From Escherichia phage vB_VIPECOMC06: a stretch of DNA of 64,000 nt. The notes under the pieces are model-generated. The model had not been told where the DNA came from and ran no database searches. It worked only from the letters and a program-made list of their open reading frames with translations. The DNA is taken from the sequence record PQ416618.1, one strand, 5' to 3'. This document shows positions 21,601 to 33,278 of this stretch, piece by piece; the stretch's first letter is position 1, and every line of letters starts with the position of its first letter. The translations under genes were made by a program, and so were the position numbers.

Positions 21601-23856
21601 ATGCAAGTAATTAAGAGCAGTGGGGTATCCCAAAATTTTGATGCACAGAAAATTATTCAAGTCTTAACTTGGCAGTGTGAAGGAACACAAATCGACCCGT
21701 ATGAATTGTATGAAGAAATTAAGACCCATCTGGTTGATGGGATGAGCACCAAAGATATCCAGAAGATTTGTATTAAAGTTGCAGCTAACTCGATTTCTGT
21801 CGAAGAACCTGATTATCAGTATGTCGCCGCCAAAGGGCTAATGTTTGCACTCCGTAAAGATGTATACGGACAGTTTGAACCGCCTGCTTTTATCGACCAT
21901 ATTTCTCACTGTGTTAATGAAGGCAAATACGACCCTGAGTTGTTGTCTCAATATTCAGCAGAAGAAATCATTTATCTCGATTCACAGATTAAACATGAAC
22001 GAGACTTTGACCTGACTTATGCTGGTGCTATGCAGCTTAAAGAAAAATATCTAGTTAAAGATAAAACAACTGGGAAGATTTATGAAACTCCACAGTTTGC
22101 TATCATGGCTATTGGCATGGCCTTACACCAAGACGAAACTCATGACCGTTTGAAACATATTATTCGTTTTTATGATGCCGTTTCTACTCATCAAGTTTCA
22201 TTGCCAACCCCAATTATGGCAGGTGCTCGTACTCCGACTCGCCAGTTCTCTAGTTGTGTAGTTATTGAAGCCGGTGATTCGTTAAAATCTATTAACAAAA
22301 CTTCAGCATCAATTATTGAATATATTTCTAAACGAGCTGGTATCGGTATCAACGTTGGTATGCTTCGTGCAGAAGGTTCTAAGATCGGTACGGGTGAAGT
22401 TCGACATACAGGTGTTATTCCATTCTGGAAACATTTCCAAACTGCAGTAAAATCTTGTTCTCAAGGTGGTATTCGTGGTGGTGCTGCTACAGCGTATTAT
22501 CCGATGTGGCACTTAGAAGTAGAGAACCTATTAGTTCTGAAAAATAACAAAGGGGTGGATGAAAACCGTATTCGACATATGGACTACGGAATTCAGATTA
22601 ATGACCTTATGATGGAACGCCTTGGTAAAAATGATTATATTACTTTATTTAGCCCTCACGAAATGTCAGGCGAACTATACTACTCGTTCTTTGAAGATCA
22701 AGATAAATTCCGTGAGCTTTATGAGAAAGCTGAAAAAGACCCGACAATCAGAAAGAAAAGAATCAAAGCACTAGAACTCTTTGAATTGTTCATGACTGAA
22801 CGTTCTGGCACTGCTCGAATTTATCCACAATTCGTTGATAACACGAATAACTACACTCCGTTTATTCGCGAAAAAGCTCCAATTCGTCAGAGTAACTTAT
22901 GTTGTGAAATCGCTATTCCGACTAATGACGTGAATGGTCCTGATGCTGAAATTGGTTTATGCACATTATCTGCTTTTGTATTAGATAAATTTGATTGGCA
23001 AGACCAAGATAAAATTAATGAACTTGCTGAAGTACAAGTACGTGCACTCGATAACCTGTTAGACTATCAAGATTATCCGGTTCCAGAAGCTTTAAAAGCT
23101 AAAAAGCGTCGTAACTTGGGTATTGGTGTGACGAACTATGCTGCATGGTTAGCTTCTAACTTTGCTTCATATGAAGACGCTAACGATTTGACTCATGAAT
23201 TGTTTGAGAGATTGCAATATGGCCTTATCAAAGCTTCAATCAAACTCGCCAAAGAAAAAGGATGTTGCGAGTATTATTCAGACACTAAATGGTCTAGAGG
23301 CGAATTACCTATCGACTGGTACAATAAAAAGATTGACCAAATCGCAGCCCCGAACTACGTCTGTGACTGGGAAGAACTTCGAGCTGAACTCAAAGAACAT
23401 GGAATTCGTAACTCAACGTTGTCTGCACTCATGCCTTGTGAGTCAAGCAGTCAAGTATCGAACTCTACAAACGGGATTGAGCCCCCACGCGGTCCAGTAA
23501 GTATTAAAGAATCTAAAGAAGGCAACTTCCGACAGGTTGTTCCTAATATAGAACATAACATGAGTCTTTACGACTACGCGTGGAAACTTGCTAAGAAAGG
23601 TAATAAACCTTATTTGACCCAAGTTGCTATCATGTTGAAATGGGTGTGCCAATCTGCTTCTGCTAATACTTACTATGACCCTGCAGTATTTGAGAAAGGT
23701 AAAGTGCCAATGTCAGTAATGCTTGACGATCTACTTTACTTCTGGTACTTTGGTGGAAAAAACCTCTACTATCATAACACTCGTGATGGGTCAGGTACAG
23801 ATGACTATGAATTAGAAACACCTAAAGCTGAAGATTGTTCTGCTTGTAAGCTTTAA
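21601..23856 (+). CDS. nrdA: Aerobic ribonucleotide reductase large subunit
   Basis: 751 aa; class Ia RNR alpha motifs; matches T4 NrdA. Confidence 0.95.
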   Translation: MQVIKSSGVSQNFDAQKIIQVLTWQCEGTQIDPYELYEEIKTHLVDGMSTKDIQKICIKVAANSISVEEPDYQYVAAKGLMFALRKDVYGQFEPPAFIDHISHCVNEGKYDPELLSQYSAEEIIYLDSQIKHERDFDLTYAGAMQLKEKYLVKDKTTGKIYETPQFAIMAIGMALHQDETHDRLKHIIRFYDAVSTHQVSLPTPIMAGARTPTRQFSSCVVIEAGDSLKSINKTSASIIEYISKRAGIGINVGMLRAEGSKIGTGEVRHTGVIPFWKHFQTAVKSCSQGGIRGGAATAYYPMWHLEVENLLVLKNNKGVDENRIRHMDYGIQINDLMMERLGKNDYITLFSPHEMSGELYYSFFEDQDKFRELYEKAEKDPTIRKKRIKALELFELFMTERSGTARIYPQFVDNTNNYTPFIREKAPIRQSNLCCEIAIPTNDVNGPDAEIGLCTLSAFVLDKFDWQDQDKINELAEVQVRALDNLLDYQDYPVPEALKAKKRRNLGIGVTNYAAWLASNFASYEDANDLTHELFERLQYGLIKASIKLAKEKGCCEYYSDTKWSRGELPIDWYNKKIDQIAAPNYVCDWEELRAELKEHGIRNSTLSALMPCESSSQVSNSTNGIEPPRGPVSIKESKEGNFRQVVPNIEHNMSLYDYAWKLAKKGNKPYLTQVAIMLKWVCQSASANTYYDPAVFEKGKVPMSVMLDDLLYFWYFGGKNLYYHNTRDGSGTDDYELETPKAEDCSACKL

Positions 23857-23908
23857 GTCTTTTGATTATAATTTACTCATGGATGAGTTAAACTAAGTGA
23901 GAAATATA

Positions 23909-25087
23909 ATGAGTACAGTTTTTAACACACAACAAGTCGATGTTTTGAATGAGCCGATGTTCTTTGGTTCTGGTCTTGGTATTGCGCGTTATGATATTCA
24001 ACGCCATAAAGTTTTTGAAGATTTGACCGAAAAACAATTGTCATTTTTCTGGCGCCCCGAAGAGGTAAACTTGATGTTGGACTCTGCGCAGTTCAATAAG
24101 CTTCCTCAGTTCCAACAGGACATCTTTACAAACAACCTTAAGTATCAATCATTATTAGATTCTATCCAAGGCAGAGCCCCATCTGCGGTACTTATGGCAC
24201 TGATTTCTGACCCTTCATTAGATACATGGGTTGCAACATGGACATTCAGTGAAACTATTCACTCTCGTTCGTATACTCATATTATGCGAAATCTTTATAC
24301 AGACCCATCTAAGGTATTTGATGAAATTGTATTAGACGAAGCAATCATGAAACGAGCTGAATCAATAGGTAAATATTACGATGATGTTCTAGTTAAAACA
24401 CGTGAATGGGAAAATGCTAAAGAAATTTTTAAATGTTTTTCCGAAAATGAATATGATTTGGATGCATATTCAAATAGTCTTATGCATGTGGAAGAATGTA
24501 AACGTGCATTAATGAAGTCTCTTTATCTCTGCTTACACGTTATTAACGCCTTAGAAGCTATTCGTTTTTATGTATCTTTTGCATGTACTTTCAACTTCCA
24601 TAAGAACATGGAAATCATGGAAGGTAATGCAAAGATTATGAAGTTCATCGCTCGTGACGAACAACTCCACCTTAAAGGCACTCAGTACATTATCCGTCAA
24701 CTTCAATCTGGTACTGATGGTGATGAGTGGGTTCAAATTGCTAAAGAATGTGAACAAGACGCAGTTGACATTTTTATGGAAGTAAATAGACAAGAGAAGG
24801 AATGGGCTGCACACCTCTTTAAAGACGGTACATGCCCGGGTATCAATACGCAGAGTATGTGTGCTTTTGTTGATTACTTGACTGTGTCTCGTATGAAACA
24901 GTGCGGTTTGCCATGCCCAATAACTGATGCTCCGACCAAGCATCCGTATCCTTGGATTCGTGAATATCTGAACTCTGATTTAGTTCAATCAGCTCCTCAG
25001 GAAGTTGAAATCAGTTCTTATCTTGTCGCACAAATTGATAATGATGTAGACCAAAATGTAATCAATTCATACAAAAAATATTTCTAA
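23909..25087 (+). CDS. nrdB: Aerobic ribonucleotide reductase small subunit, uninterrupted (no intron)
   Basis: ATG at 23909 gives MSTVFNTQQVDVLNEPMFFG… matching T4 NrdB; track start 23897 is a GTG. Confidence 0.95.
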   Translation: MSTVFNTQQVDVLNEPMFFGSGLGIARYDIQRHKVFEDLTEKQLSFFWRPEEVNLMLDSAQFNKLPQFQQDIFTNNLKYQSLLDSIQGRAPSAVLMALISDPSLDTWVATWTFSETIHSRSYTHIMRNLYTDPSKVFDEIVLDEAIMKRAESIGKYYDDVLVKTREWENAKEIFKCFSENEYDLDAYSNSLMHVEECKRALMKSLYLCLHVINALEAIRFYVSFACTFNFHKNMEIMEGNAKIMKFIARDEQLHLKGTQYIIRQLQSGTDGDEWVQIAKECEQDAVDIFMEVNRQEKEWAAHLFKDGTCPGINTQSMCAFVDYLTVSRMKQCGLPCPITDAPTKHPYPWIREYLNSDLVQSAPQEVEISSYLVAQIDNDVDQNVINSYKKYF

Positions 25088-25091
25088 GGAC

Positions 25092-25109
25092 GGGACTTCG
25101 GTCCCACTT
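25092..25109 (+). terminator. Hairpin/terminator after nrdB
   Basis: GGGACTTCGGTCCC + CTTT. Confidence 0.55.
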
Positions 25110-25113
25110 TATT

Positions 25114-25524
25114 ATGAAAGATATTGCCGCCGAATATTCCTTTATTAAATATACAGAATTGGAGCTATTAGAAGATGCAACAATTAAAACAGTTGATGTC
25201 CCTAATAAGAAAAATGTCATATACGCTATTGCTATAGATGACGAACTTGTGTATATTGGTAAAACCAAGAATTTAAAGAAACGCATTAACTATTATCGAA
25301 CAGCCATAAATCGAAAAGACCAGACTTCAGATTCAAGAAAATCTCTTATGATTTTGGATGCCTTAATGCAAGGCAAAAAGGTTGAATTCTGGGCCCGCCA
25401 ATGTTTTGACCTTTCAGTCACCAACGAACTTGGTTCAATGACCATCGCAACAATGGACCTTGAAGAACCGCTTTTTATCAAAAAGTTCAACCCGCCTTGG
25501 AATATCCAACATAAGAAAAAGTAG
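25114..25524 (+). CDS. denA: Endonuclease II
   Basis: 136 aa; MKDIAAEYSFIKYTELEL…FNPPWNIQHKKK matches T4 DenA. Confidence 0.9.
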   Translation: MKDIAAEYSFIKYTELELLEDATIKTVDVPNKKNVIYAIAIDDELVYIGKTKNLKKRINYYRTAINRKDQTSDSRKSLMILDALMQGKKVEFWARQCFDLSVTNELGSMTIATMDLEEPLFIKKFNPPWNIQHKKK

Positions 25525-25556
25525 TTTACATGCCACAAGGATTGTGGTACAATTTA
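25524..25556 (+). promoter_or_regulatory. Early promoter with stem-loop upstream of rnlA
   Basis: GTTTAC; inverted repeat CCACAA/TTGTGG; -10 TACAAT. Confidence 0.6.
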
Positions 25557-25571
25557 AAAAAAACTAACTGA

Positions 25572-26705
<1,134 letters not shown>

Positions 26706-26707
26706 TG

Positions 26708-26740
26708 GTTTACAAACACCACGGAAGGTGTTACTATGGC
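26708..26740 (+). promoter_or_regulatory. Early promoter with stem-loop upstream of alc
   Basis: GTTTAC; inverted repeat AACACC/GGTGTT; -10 GTTACTAT. Confidence 0.6.
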
Positions 26741-26767
26741 TTTTATCAACAACACGAGGAGAAAATT

Positions 26768-27268
26768 ATGAATATGCAATTGATTACTAACGATATGGTT
26801 GTGGCAGCATTTGGTGATTCTACAGACGGAATCCGAGTCTTTAAGAAAGGACGTCCAGTTGGTTATCTTACTGACCTACGTGTTACACTGGCCAAAAATG
26901 CTAAAAAGAAGTTAAAGCAAAAAGAATATTCAACACGTTACACCGAAGAGAAACGTGAAGCGATGCCAGAAGCAGTTAATGCCATGGTAGAATTTCTTCA
27001 AAACAATTTGACTAAATATGACGCTAATGTGTTCATTAATATTAGTCAACCAAATGTACATATCGCAGGTATAAAATTCTACATTATTTGCGACCCTCTT
27101 ACCGACAAATTCAACCGCCTCGGAATTTCAAGTCCATATCATACAGCAGAAGAGTTGTGTGTATTGTTTGAATCGTACAAAATCCAGTGCGATGGTCCGA
27201 AAACCGTTCTTATCAATGGATTATCCCGAGATGAAATCATTGAGATTATTAAAACATGCTTAAAGTAA
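26768..27268 (+). CDS. alc: Alc (transcription termination on dC-DNA)
   Basis: ATG at 26768 after GAGGAG RBS gives MNMQLITNDMVVAAFG… resembling T4 Alc; track start 26705 lies inside an early promoter. Confidence 0.8.
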   Translation: MNMQLITNDMVVAAFGDSTDGIRVFKKGRPVGYLTDLRVTLAKNAKKKLKQKEYSTRYTEEKREAMPEAVNAMVEFLQNNLTKYDANVFINISQPNVHIAGIKFYIICDPLTDKFNRLGISSPYHTAEELCVLFESYKIQCDGPKTVLINGLSRDEIIEIIKTCLK

Positions 27269-27612
27269 ATCCGATTTATGCTATAGTAGCAGCTTTTGCT
27301 CTAGTTTCTACGGTAACAATAGTTGTCTTAAACAACAAAGTTGATTCGTTGAATACTGAATTAGCTTCTGTCAAAGAGACCGCTAAAAACAATGCTAAAG
27401 TATTAGACGACTTCAAGGTTCAATATCAGTCAATCGAAGAAATGACTTATAAGAACCGTGTTTTAGTTGACCAACTTAAGGCCGAAAATGAAAAGCTCCG
27501 TAAGGATTCGAAGAAGAAGAACGTGGTGGCGAGTAAGCCAGGATTGGTCGAAAAACAAATCAACAAGTCCTTCGATTCCTTTGCAGAAGACCTCAGGAAG
27601 CTCTCAGAATGA
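27256..27612 (+). CDS. i-spanin (inner-membrane spanin subunit; pseT.3 position)
   Basis: 118 aa; N-terminal TM helix then coiled-coil; followed by overlapping lipoprotein ORF. Confidence 0.75.
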   Translation: MLKVNPIYAIVAAFALVSTVTIVVLNNKVDSLNTELASVKETAKNNAKVLDDFKVQYQSIEEMTYKNRVLVDQLKAENEKLRKDSKKKNVVASKPGLVEKQINKSFDSFAEDLRKLSE

Positions 27613-27899
27613 TTAAATTAACCGCAGTTGTATTATCTATTGGCATTTTGGCTGGGTGTGCCCAGGATGTGCCCTTAAGCCCTAAAGAAACTTTACATCC
27701 GCCATGGCCTGAATCTATTGTTGAATATAACCAGAAATGGCAAGTAAAGGTTATTGATGGTAATCCGTGGGTTGGAATGCCGTTTGAAGACTCTCAAGAA
27801 TTTCGTATCTGGTTAAACGACGTAAAAAGATATGTACATGACCAGAAGACTATGATATGTTATTATCGTAGTGGTTTAAAAGAGGAAAAATGCCAATGA
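27609..27899 (+). CDS. o-spanin (outer-membrane lipoprotein spanin subunit; pseT.2 position)
   Basis: 96 aa; signal peptide with lipobox LAGC; ATGA overlap with i-spanin. Confidence 0.8.
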   Translation: MIKLTAVVLSIGILAGCAQDVPLSPKETLHPPWPESIVEYNQKWQVKVIDGNPWVGMPFEDSQEFRIWLNDVKRYVHDQKTMICYYRSGLKEEKCQ

Positions 27900-28114
27900 C
27901 TAAAGAACAGCACGAATACATTAAAGGGCTTATCTATGAATCTGAAATGGCGGCTATGATTTATGGGCGACAGATTCAACGATTAGAATCTTTGCCTCCG
28001 ACTAACGACCGCTTGTTAGTTCAGTCTCGTGCTAATCTGAAAAATGAATATCAGAATAAGTGGGCAGTAGCGACTAAAGCTCTTCACGAGTATATTGAAT
28101 CTTTAGTAAAATAG
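27890..28114 (+). CDS. Hypothetical protein, 74 aa (pseT.1 position)
   Basis: ORF overlapping o-spanin stop. Confidence 0.5.
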   Translation: MPMTKEQHEYIKGLIYESEMAAMIYGRQIQRLESLPPTNDRLLVQSRANLKNEYQNKWAVATKALHEYIESLVK

Positions 28115-28148
28115 TTTACAAACTCTCGGGAGCAGAGTATAATGCTCC
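28114..28148 (+). promoter_or_regulatory. Early promoter with stem-loop upstream of ORF 28150
   Basis: GTTTAC; GGAGCA … TATAAT … TGCTCC inverted repeat around -10. Confidence 0.6.
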
Positions 28149-28149
28149 T

Positions 28150-29383
<1,234 letters not shown>

Positions 29384-29384
<1 letters not shown>

Positions 29385-29575
29385 TGAAACGATTATATGA
29401 AGTGATTGAGGCCATCGAACAGCATAAAGAATATTTGTTTGTAGCCTGGCCTTTAGTAAATGGACAGTTCGGTATTGATGTGCTGGACTATGAGCATGAA
29501 GAACGTTTGGACTGCGGTATATTTGATAACGTCGACCAGGCAATTGAATGGTTAAATGAAAACTATGTACGATAA
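29384..29575 (+). CDS. Hypothetical protein, 63 aa
   Basis: ORF with ATGA overlap to pseT. Confidence 0.5.
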
Positions 29576-29780
29576 ACATCACGAAATCGAAGATGAAGCA
29601 TACAAAATGCTTCGTAAACTAGTGGGACTCAATATGAGTTCTACATTAATCAACAAGCTTACCGAAATTCGTAACGACCTGAATACTCGTTACAAAGGCG
29701 AATATCATGTAGAGTTTGTTCCTGTAGGTGAACCGACCGAGCAATTTGTTGTTCGAGTTAAAGTAAATACTGTACACTGA
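29556..29780 (+). CDS. Hypothetical protein, 74 aa
   Basis: ORF. Confidence 0.5.
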   Translation: MKTMYDKHHEIEDEAYKMLRKLVGLNMSSTLINKLTEIRNDLNTRYKGEYHVEFVPVGEPTEQFVVRVKVNTVH

Positions 29781-29787
29781 GGTAATT

Positions 29788-30063
29788 ATGTTCCCAACTT
29801 ATTCTGAAATTGTAAAGGTAGTCTTCAGTCAGATTATTGCTAATAATATGTTTGAAGTGTTTGATAATGCAGCCGAACTCAGAGTTCATGCTCAACTAAC
29901 TCATGTACTCAATGCTTTGCTCCCAGACCAAGTAGATTCTATTGCTATTACTCTTCTCCCTGGGTCTGCACACGTCATAGTGGTATTTGATCTTGACGGC
30001 GATTTAGTTATCCAATGTGATATCAATTTCGGTACACAAAAAATTGAATGCAAAGCAATTTAA
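29788..30063 (+). CDS. Hypothetical protein, 91 aa
   Basis: ORF. Confidence 0.5.
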   Translation: MFPTYSEIVKVVFSQIIANNMFEVFDNAAELRVHAQLTHVLNALLPDQVDSIAITLLPGSAHVIVVFDLDGDLVIQCDINFGTQKIECKAI

Positions 30064-30065
30064 TG

Positions 30066-30099
30066 GTTTACAACATGGTGGAGTTGTGATACTATAACT
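30066..30099 (+). promoter_or_regulatory. Early promoter upstream of ORF 30124
   Basis: GTTTAC … GATACTATAACT. Confidence 0.6.
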
Positions 30100-30123
30100 C
30101 TACCAACAAATGAGGAAATAGAA

Positions 30124-30360
30124 ATGCTAAGTGAAAACCCAATTACAGTACACGAATTTCAGATTAAAGTAAAAGAATTTGCTCAAGCACTCATCAATAA
30201 AGTGTCTGAACGTTTCCAAGATGCAACATTACGAGTTATTCAAGAATCTCCACGTTCTTTTCTCATAATCGTTAATCCTAAAGATGGTGACCAAATTACT
30301 AATCTTAAATTAGGCAGTGATGGTCTTGTTGAAGCAACTCGAGTATATGGAACACTATAA
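30124..30360 (+). CDS. Hypothetical early protein, 78 aa
   Basis: ORF with GAGGAAA RBS and early promoter upstream. Confidence 0.55.
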   Translation: MLSENPITVHEFQIKVKEFAQALINKVSERFQDATLRVIQESPRSFLIIVNPKDGDQITNLKLGSDGLVEATRVYGTL

Positions 30361-30480
30361 TTAGAGCTATCTCATTACTATCGAGAATGGTCATAAATCT
30401 GAGCACTACCAACTTAGCCTGTCTAATCCGGTTAAAGGTGTTGTTGAATCAGAATCTGTTTATATCTCCTAAGGATTGTT

Positions 30481-31473
30481 ATGTTACCTGTCATCAGAAA
30501 ACTTATTTCTCCAAAAGAACTGGCTGAGATTATTCCTTTGTCGGAAGCTTACGCATCACAAGTGGCTTCTCATCGCGAACAAGTTAATTCGATTATGAAC
30601 GGTGAAGACCCACGCAAACTTATTGTTGTAGGTCCTTGTTCAATTCATGACCCTATTGCTGCTGTTGAATACGGCAAACGTCTGGCTGAACTTCAAACTC
30701 GTCTTCCTAATGTTCTGTTAGTGATGCGCGTTTATTTTGAAAAGCCTCGAACTACCGTAGGTTGGAAAGGTCTTGTAAATGATCCATATCTTGACGGAAG
30801 TTTTGATATGAACCACGGTCTTATAGTTGCACGAACATTGTGTCGTAAACTTCTACGCATGGGACTTCCATTAGCAACTGAAGTATTAGACCCATTCACG
30901 ATTAAGTATCTTTCTGGTATTTTCTCATGGGTTGCTATTGGCGCCCGTACGACTGAAAGTCAGACACATCGTGAAATTGCTTCAGGTCTACCGATGTGCG
31001 TAGGCTTCAAGAACGCAACCAATGGTTCTATTAAAGTAGCTACAGACGCGATGTATAGTGCCGCCTGGCCTCATCGGTATATGGGTATGGACGTCGATGG
31101 TACTGTAGGCATTGTTGAAGCTGAAGGTAATCAGAATACGCATATCGTATTGCGTGGCGGGACTAACGGCCCGAACTATCATTCTTCTGATATTCAAGAA
31201 GCTTCTAACAAAGCAAGTGCATTAGGTCTGAATCATTATGTAATGGTTGACTGTAGCCATGCAAACGCTGATGGGTATTATAGCAATCAAATTGGTATTG
31301 GTAAAAATTTAGCAGCTAATGATTTGGTCAAAGGAATTATGATAGAATCATTCCTACATGAAGGAAATCAAAAAATTTCTGATAATATGTCCTATGGCGT
31401 TTCCGTTACCGATGCGTGCATCAGTTGGGAACAAACTAAAGAGCTGTTAACTTATATTAATAAGGTTCAATAA
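30481..31473 (+). CDS. 3-deoxy-D-arabino-heptulosonate-7-phosphate (DAHP) synthase, class I (AroG/AroF/AroH-like)
   Basis: 330 aa; colinear with E. coli AroG: …VVGPCSIHD…, MRVYFEKPRTTVGWKGLVNDP, GARTTESQTHRE, DCSHAN, MIESFLHEGNQ, SVTDACI; all four metal-ligand positions (Cys, His, Glu, Asp) present; TAATG coupling to cd. Confidence 0.9.
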   Translation: MLPVIRKLISPKELAEIIPLSEAYASQVASHREQVNSIMNGEDPRKLIVVGPCSIHDPIAAVEYGKRLAELQTRLPNVLLVMRVYFEKPRTTVGWKGLVNDPYLDGSFDMNHGLIVARTLCRKLLRMGLPLATEVLDPFTIKYLSGIFSWVAIGARTTESQTHREIASGLPMCVGFKNATNGSIKVATDAMYSAAWPHRYMGMDVDGTVGIVEAEGNQNTHIVLRGGTNGPNYHSSDIQEASNKASALGLNHYVMVDCSHANADGYYSNQIGIGKNLAANDLVKGIMIESFLHEGNQKISDNMSYGVSVTDACISWEQTKELLTYINKVQ

Positions 31474-32054
31474 TGAAAGCTAGCACATATCTTCAAATTG
31501 CTTATTTGATTTCTCAAGAATCAAAATGTTGTTCATGGAAAGTTGGTGCCGTCATTGAAAAAGATGGACGCATTATCTCTACTGGATATAATGGCTCACC
31601 AGCAGGTGGCGTTAACTGTTGTGAACATGCATCCGAAAATGGTTGGTTGAAGAATAAACCAAGCCCGGTCATCGTTGCTGGACATAAAGAAGGCACTACG
31701 GCATTTGGACGGGCAGATAATTTTGTTTTGGCTAAAGAACATCGGGCCGCTCATAGTGCATGGTCTGCTAATAATGAAATCCATGCGGAATTGAACGCAA
31801 TTTTGTTTGCAGCTCGTAAAGGTAATTCTATTGAAGGTGCTACGTTATATACGACGCTTTCTCCGTGTCCTGATTGCACTAAAGCTATTACGCAGTCAGG
31901 TATTAAAAAGGTTGTATACGCAGAATTATATGACAGATCTCCTGAAAATTGGGCAGACATTCTAAAACAAGCCGGTATTGAAGTAATTCAGTACTCTCGT
32001 AATAATCTTCGTTCTCTGAATTGGGAACAAATCCGAAACTTTTGTGGTGAATAA
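31473..32054 (+). CDS. cd: dCMP deaminase
   Basis: 193 aa; MKASTYLQIAYLISQESKCCSWKVGAVIEK…HAE…SPCPDC matches T4 Cd. Confidence 0.95.
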   Translation: MKASTYLQIAYLISQESKCCSWKVGAVIEKDGRIISTGYNGSPAGGVNCCEHASENGWLKNKPSPVIVAGHKEGTTAFGRADNFVLAKEHRAAHSAWSANNEIHAELNAILFAARKGNSIEGATLYTTLSPCPDCTKAITQSGIKKVVYAELYDRSPENWADILKQAGIEVIQYSRNNLRSLNWEQIRNFCGE

Positions 32055-32055
32055 T

Positions 32056-32352
32056 ATGATTTTAACTGAACAAGAAACTATGGTTCTTCGTGAACGTATT
32101 AAAACTATTCTATCTGTAGGCGTTCATTGTGTTGTATTTGAAAAGGCTAACGGCGAGGTACGCACTATGTTTGCTTCGCGCGATGAACTTGAAGTCAAAT
32201 ATGAAAATAACAATCCAGCAACAGAAGTTCGTTATGAACCTCGTGAATCAGTTCGAGCATTCGATACCAAGTTAGGCCAGTGGCGTTCTTTCCGCCTTGA
32301 TAAAGTAATTTCGGTTGATGGTACTCCGGTGGAACGTTTGCTTCTTATGTAA
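32056..32352 (+). CDS. Hypothetical protein, about 98 aa
   Basis: ATG at 32056 (track ORF begins at alternative start 32044). Confidence 0.55.
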   Translation: MILTEQETMVLRERIKTILSVGVHCVVFEKANGEVRTMFASRDELEVKYENNNPATEVRYEPRESVRAFDTKLGQWRSFRLDKVISVDGTPVERLLLM

Positions 32353-32380
32353 TATGCTTTACGAATAGTATGGTATTATT
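32353..32380 (+). promoter_or_regulatory. Middle promoter (MotA box) upstream of gene 31
   Basis: ATATGCTTTA MotA-box-like element followed about 12 bp later by TATTAT -10. Confidence 0.5.
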
Positions 32381-32409
32381 AATCTATCGTCAAACAACAA
32401 GGAAATAAG

Positions 32410-32742
32410 ATGTCTGAAGTACAACTCCCAATTCGTGCTGTTGGTGAATATGTCATTCTGGTTTCTGAACCCGCTCAAGCAGGCGATGAAGAAGTTACAG
32501 AATCAGGACTTGTGATTGGTAAACGTGTTCAAGGTGAAGTTCCTGAACTATGTGTAGTTCATTCTGTAGGTCCTGATGTTCCTGAAGGTTTTGTTGAAGT
32601 CGGTGATTTGACTCCACTACCAGTTGGACAAATTCGAAATGTTCCGCATCCATTTGTGGCTTTAGGTCTTAAACAACCTAAAGAAATTAAACAGAAATTC
32701 GTAACATGTCACTATAAAGCTATTCCATGTCTTTATAAGTGA
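32410..32742 (+). CDS. 31: Co-chaperonin gp31 (GroES functional analogue)
   Basis: 110 aa; essentially identical to T4 gp31 ([33 protein letters not shown]…). Confidence 0.95.
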   Translation: MSEVQLPIRAVGEYVILVSEPAQAGDEEVTESGLVIGKRVQGEVPELCVVHSVGPDVPEGFVEVGDLTPLPVGQIRNVPHPFVALGLKQPKEIKQKFVTCHYKAIPCLYK

Positions 32743-32752
32743 TATAAATAAC

Positions 32753-32760
32753 TATATGAA
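32753..32760 (+). promoter_or_regulatory. Late promoter upstream of rIII
   Basis: TATAAATA on plus strand after gene 31. Confidence 0.5.
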
Positions 32761-32866
32761 GAGAACACTCTTCTAAGCGGTAGCCTACAACTGAGAGACT
32801 TGTCGAAAGAAGGTGAAATTCAGAAGAACGTGGCTACTAAATATTATCTCGAATTGAGAATTTAAA

Positions 32867-33115
32867 ATGATTAAACAATTACAACACGCTCTTGAACTGC
32901 AACGCCATGCATGGAATAATGGCCATGACAATTACGGTGCATCTATTGATGTTGAAGCCGAAGCTCTTGAAATCTTACAGTATTTCAAACATCTGAATCC
33001 AGCACAAGCCGATCTTCGCGATATCCTGGTCCAGAAAGATGAATTGAAATATGCTAAGCCTCTGGCTTCTGCAGCACGTAAAGCAGTTCGTCATTTTGTT
33101 ATTACTTTGAAATAA
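32867..33115 (+). CDS. rIII: Lysis inhibition accessory protein RIII
   Basis: 82 aa; MIKQLQHALELQRHAWNNGHDNYG… matches T4 RIII. Confidence 0.9.
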   Translation: MIKQLQHALELQRHAWNNGHDNYGASIDVEAEALEILQYFKHLNPAQADLRDILVQKDELKYAKPLASAARKAVRHFVITLK

Positions 33116-33278
33116 TTACTACCATGCGTCAGCAAAATGTTAGCTGTGTAAGTCATGGTAGGTATGATGACGGGTTTACGGTTATCCTGTCGTTAAATAT
33201 CCAAAACCTATGTTCCCCTTGAGGGCTTGAGCAGGCAATGTCAATAAGTCCTGCATTTTCATTTAAAGAGAATTTATA

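Noticed and set aside
30387-30480. Short ATG-initiated frame in the leader upstream of the DAHP synthase gene
   Set aside because: No RBS, runs out of frame into the DAHP synthase gene; more likely untranslated leader.
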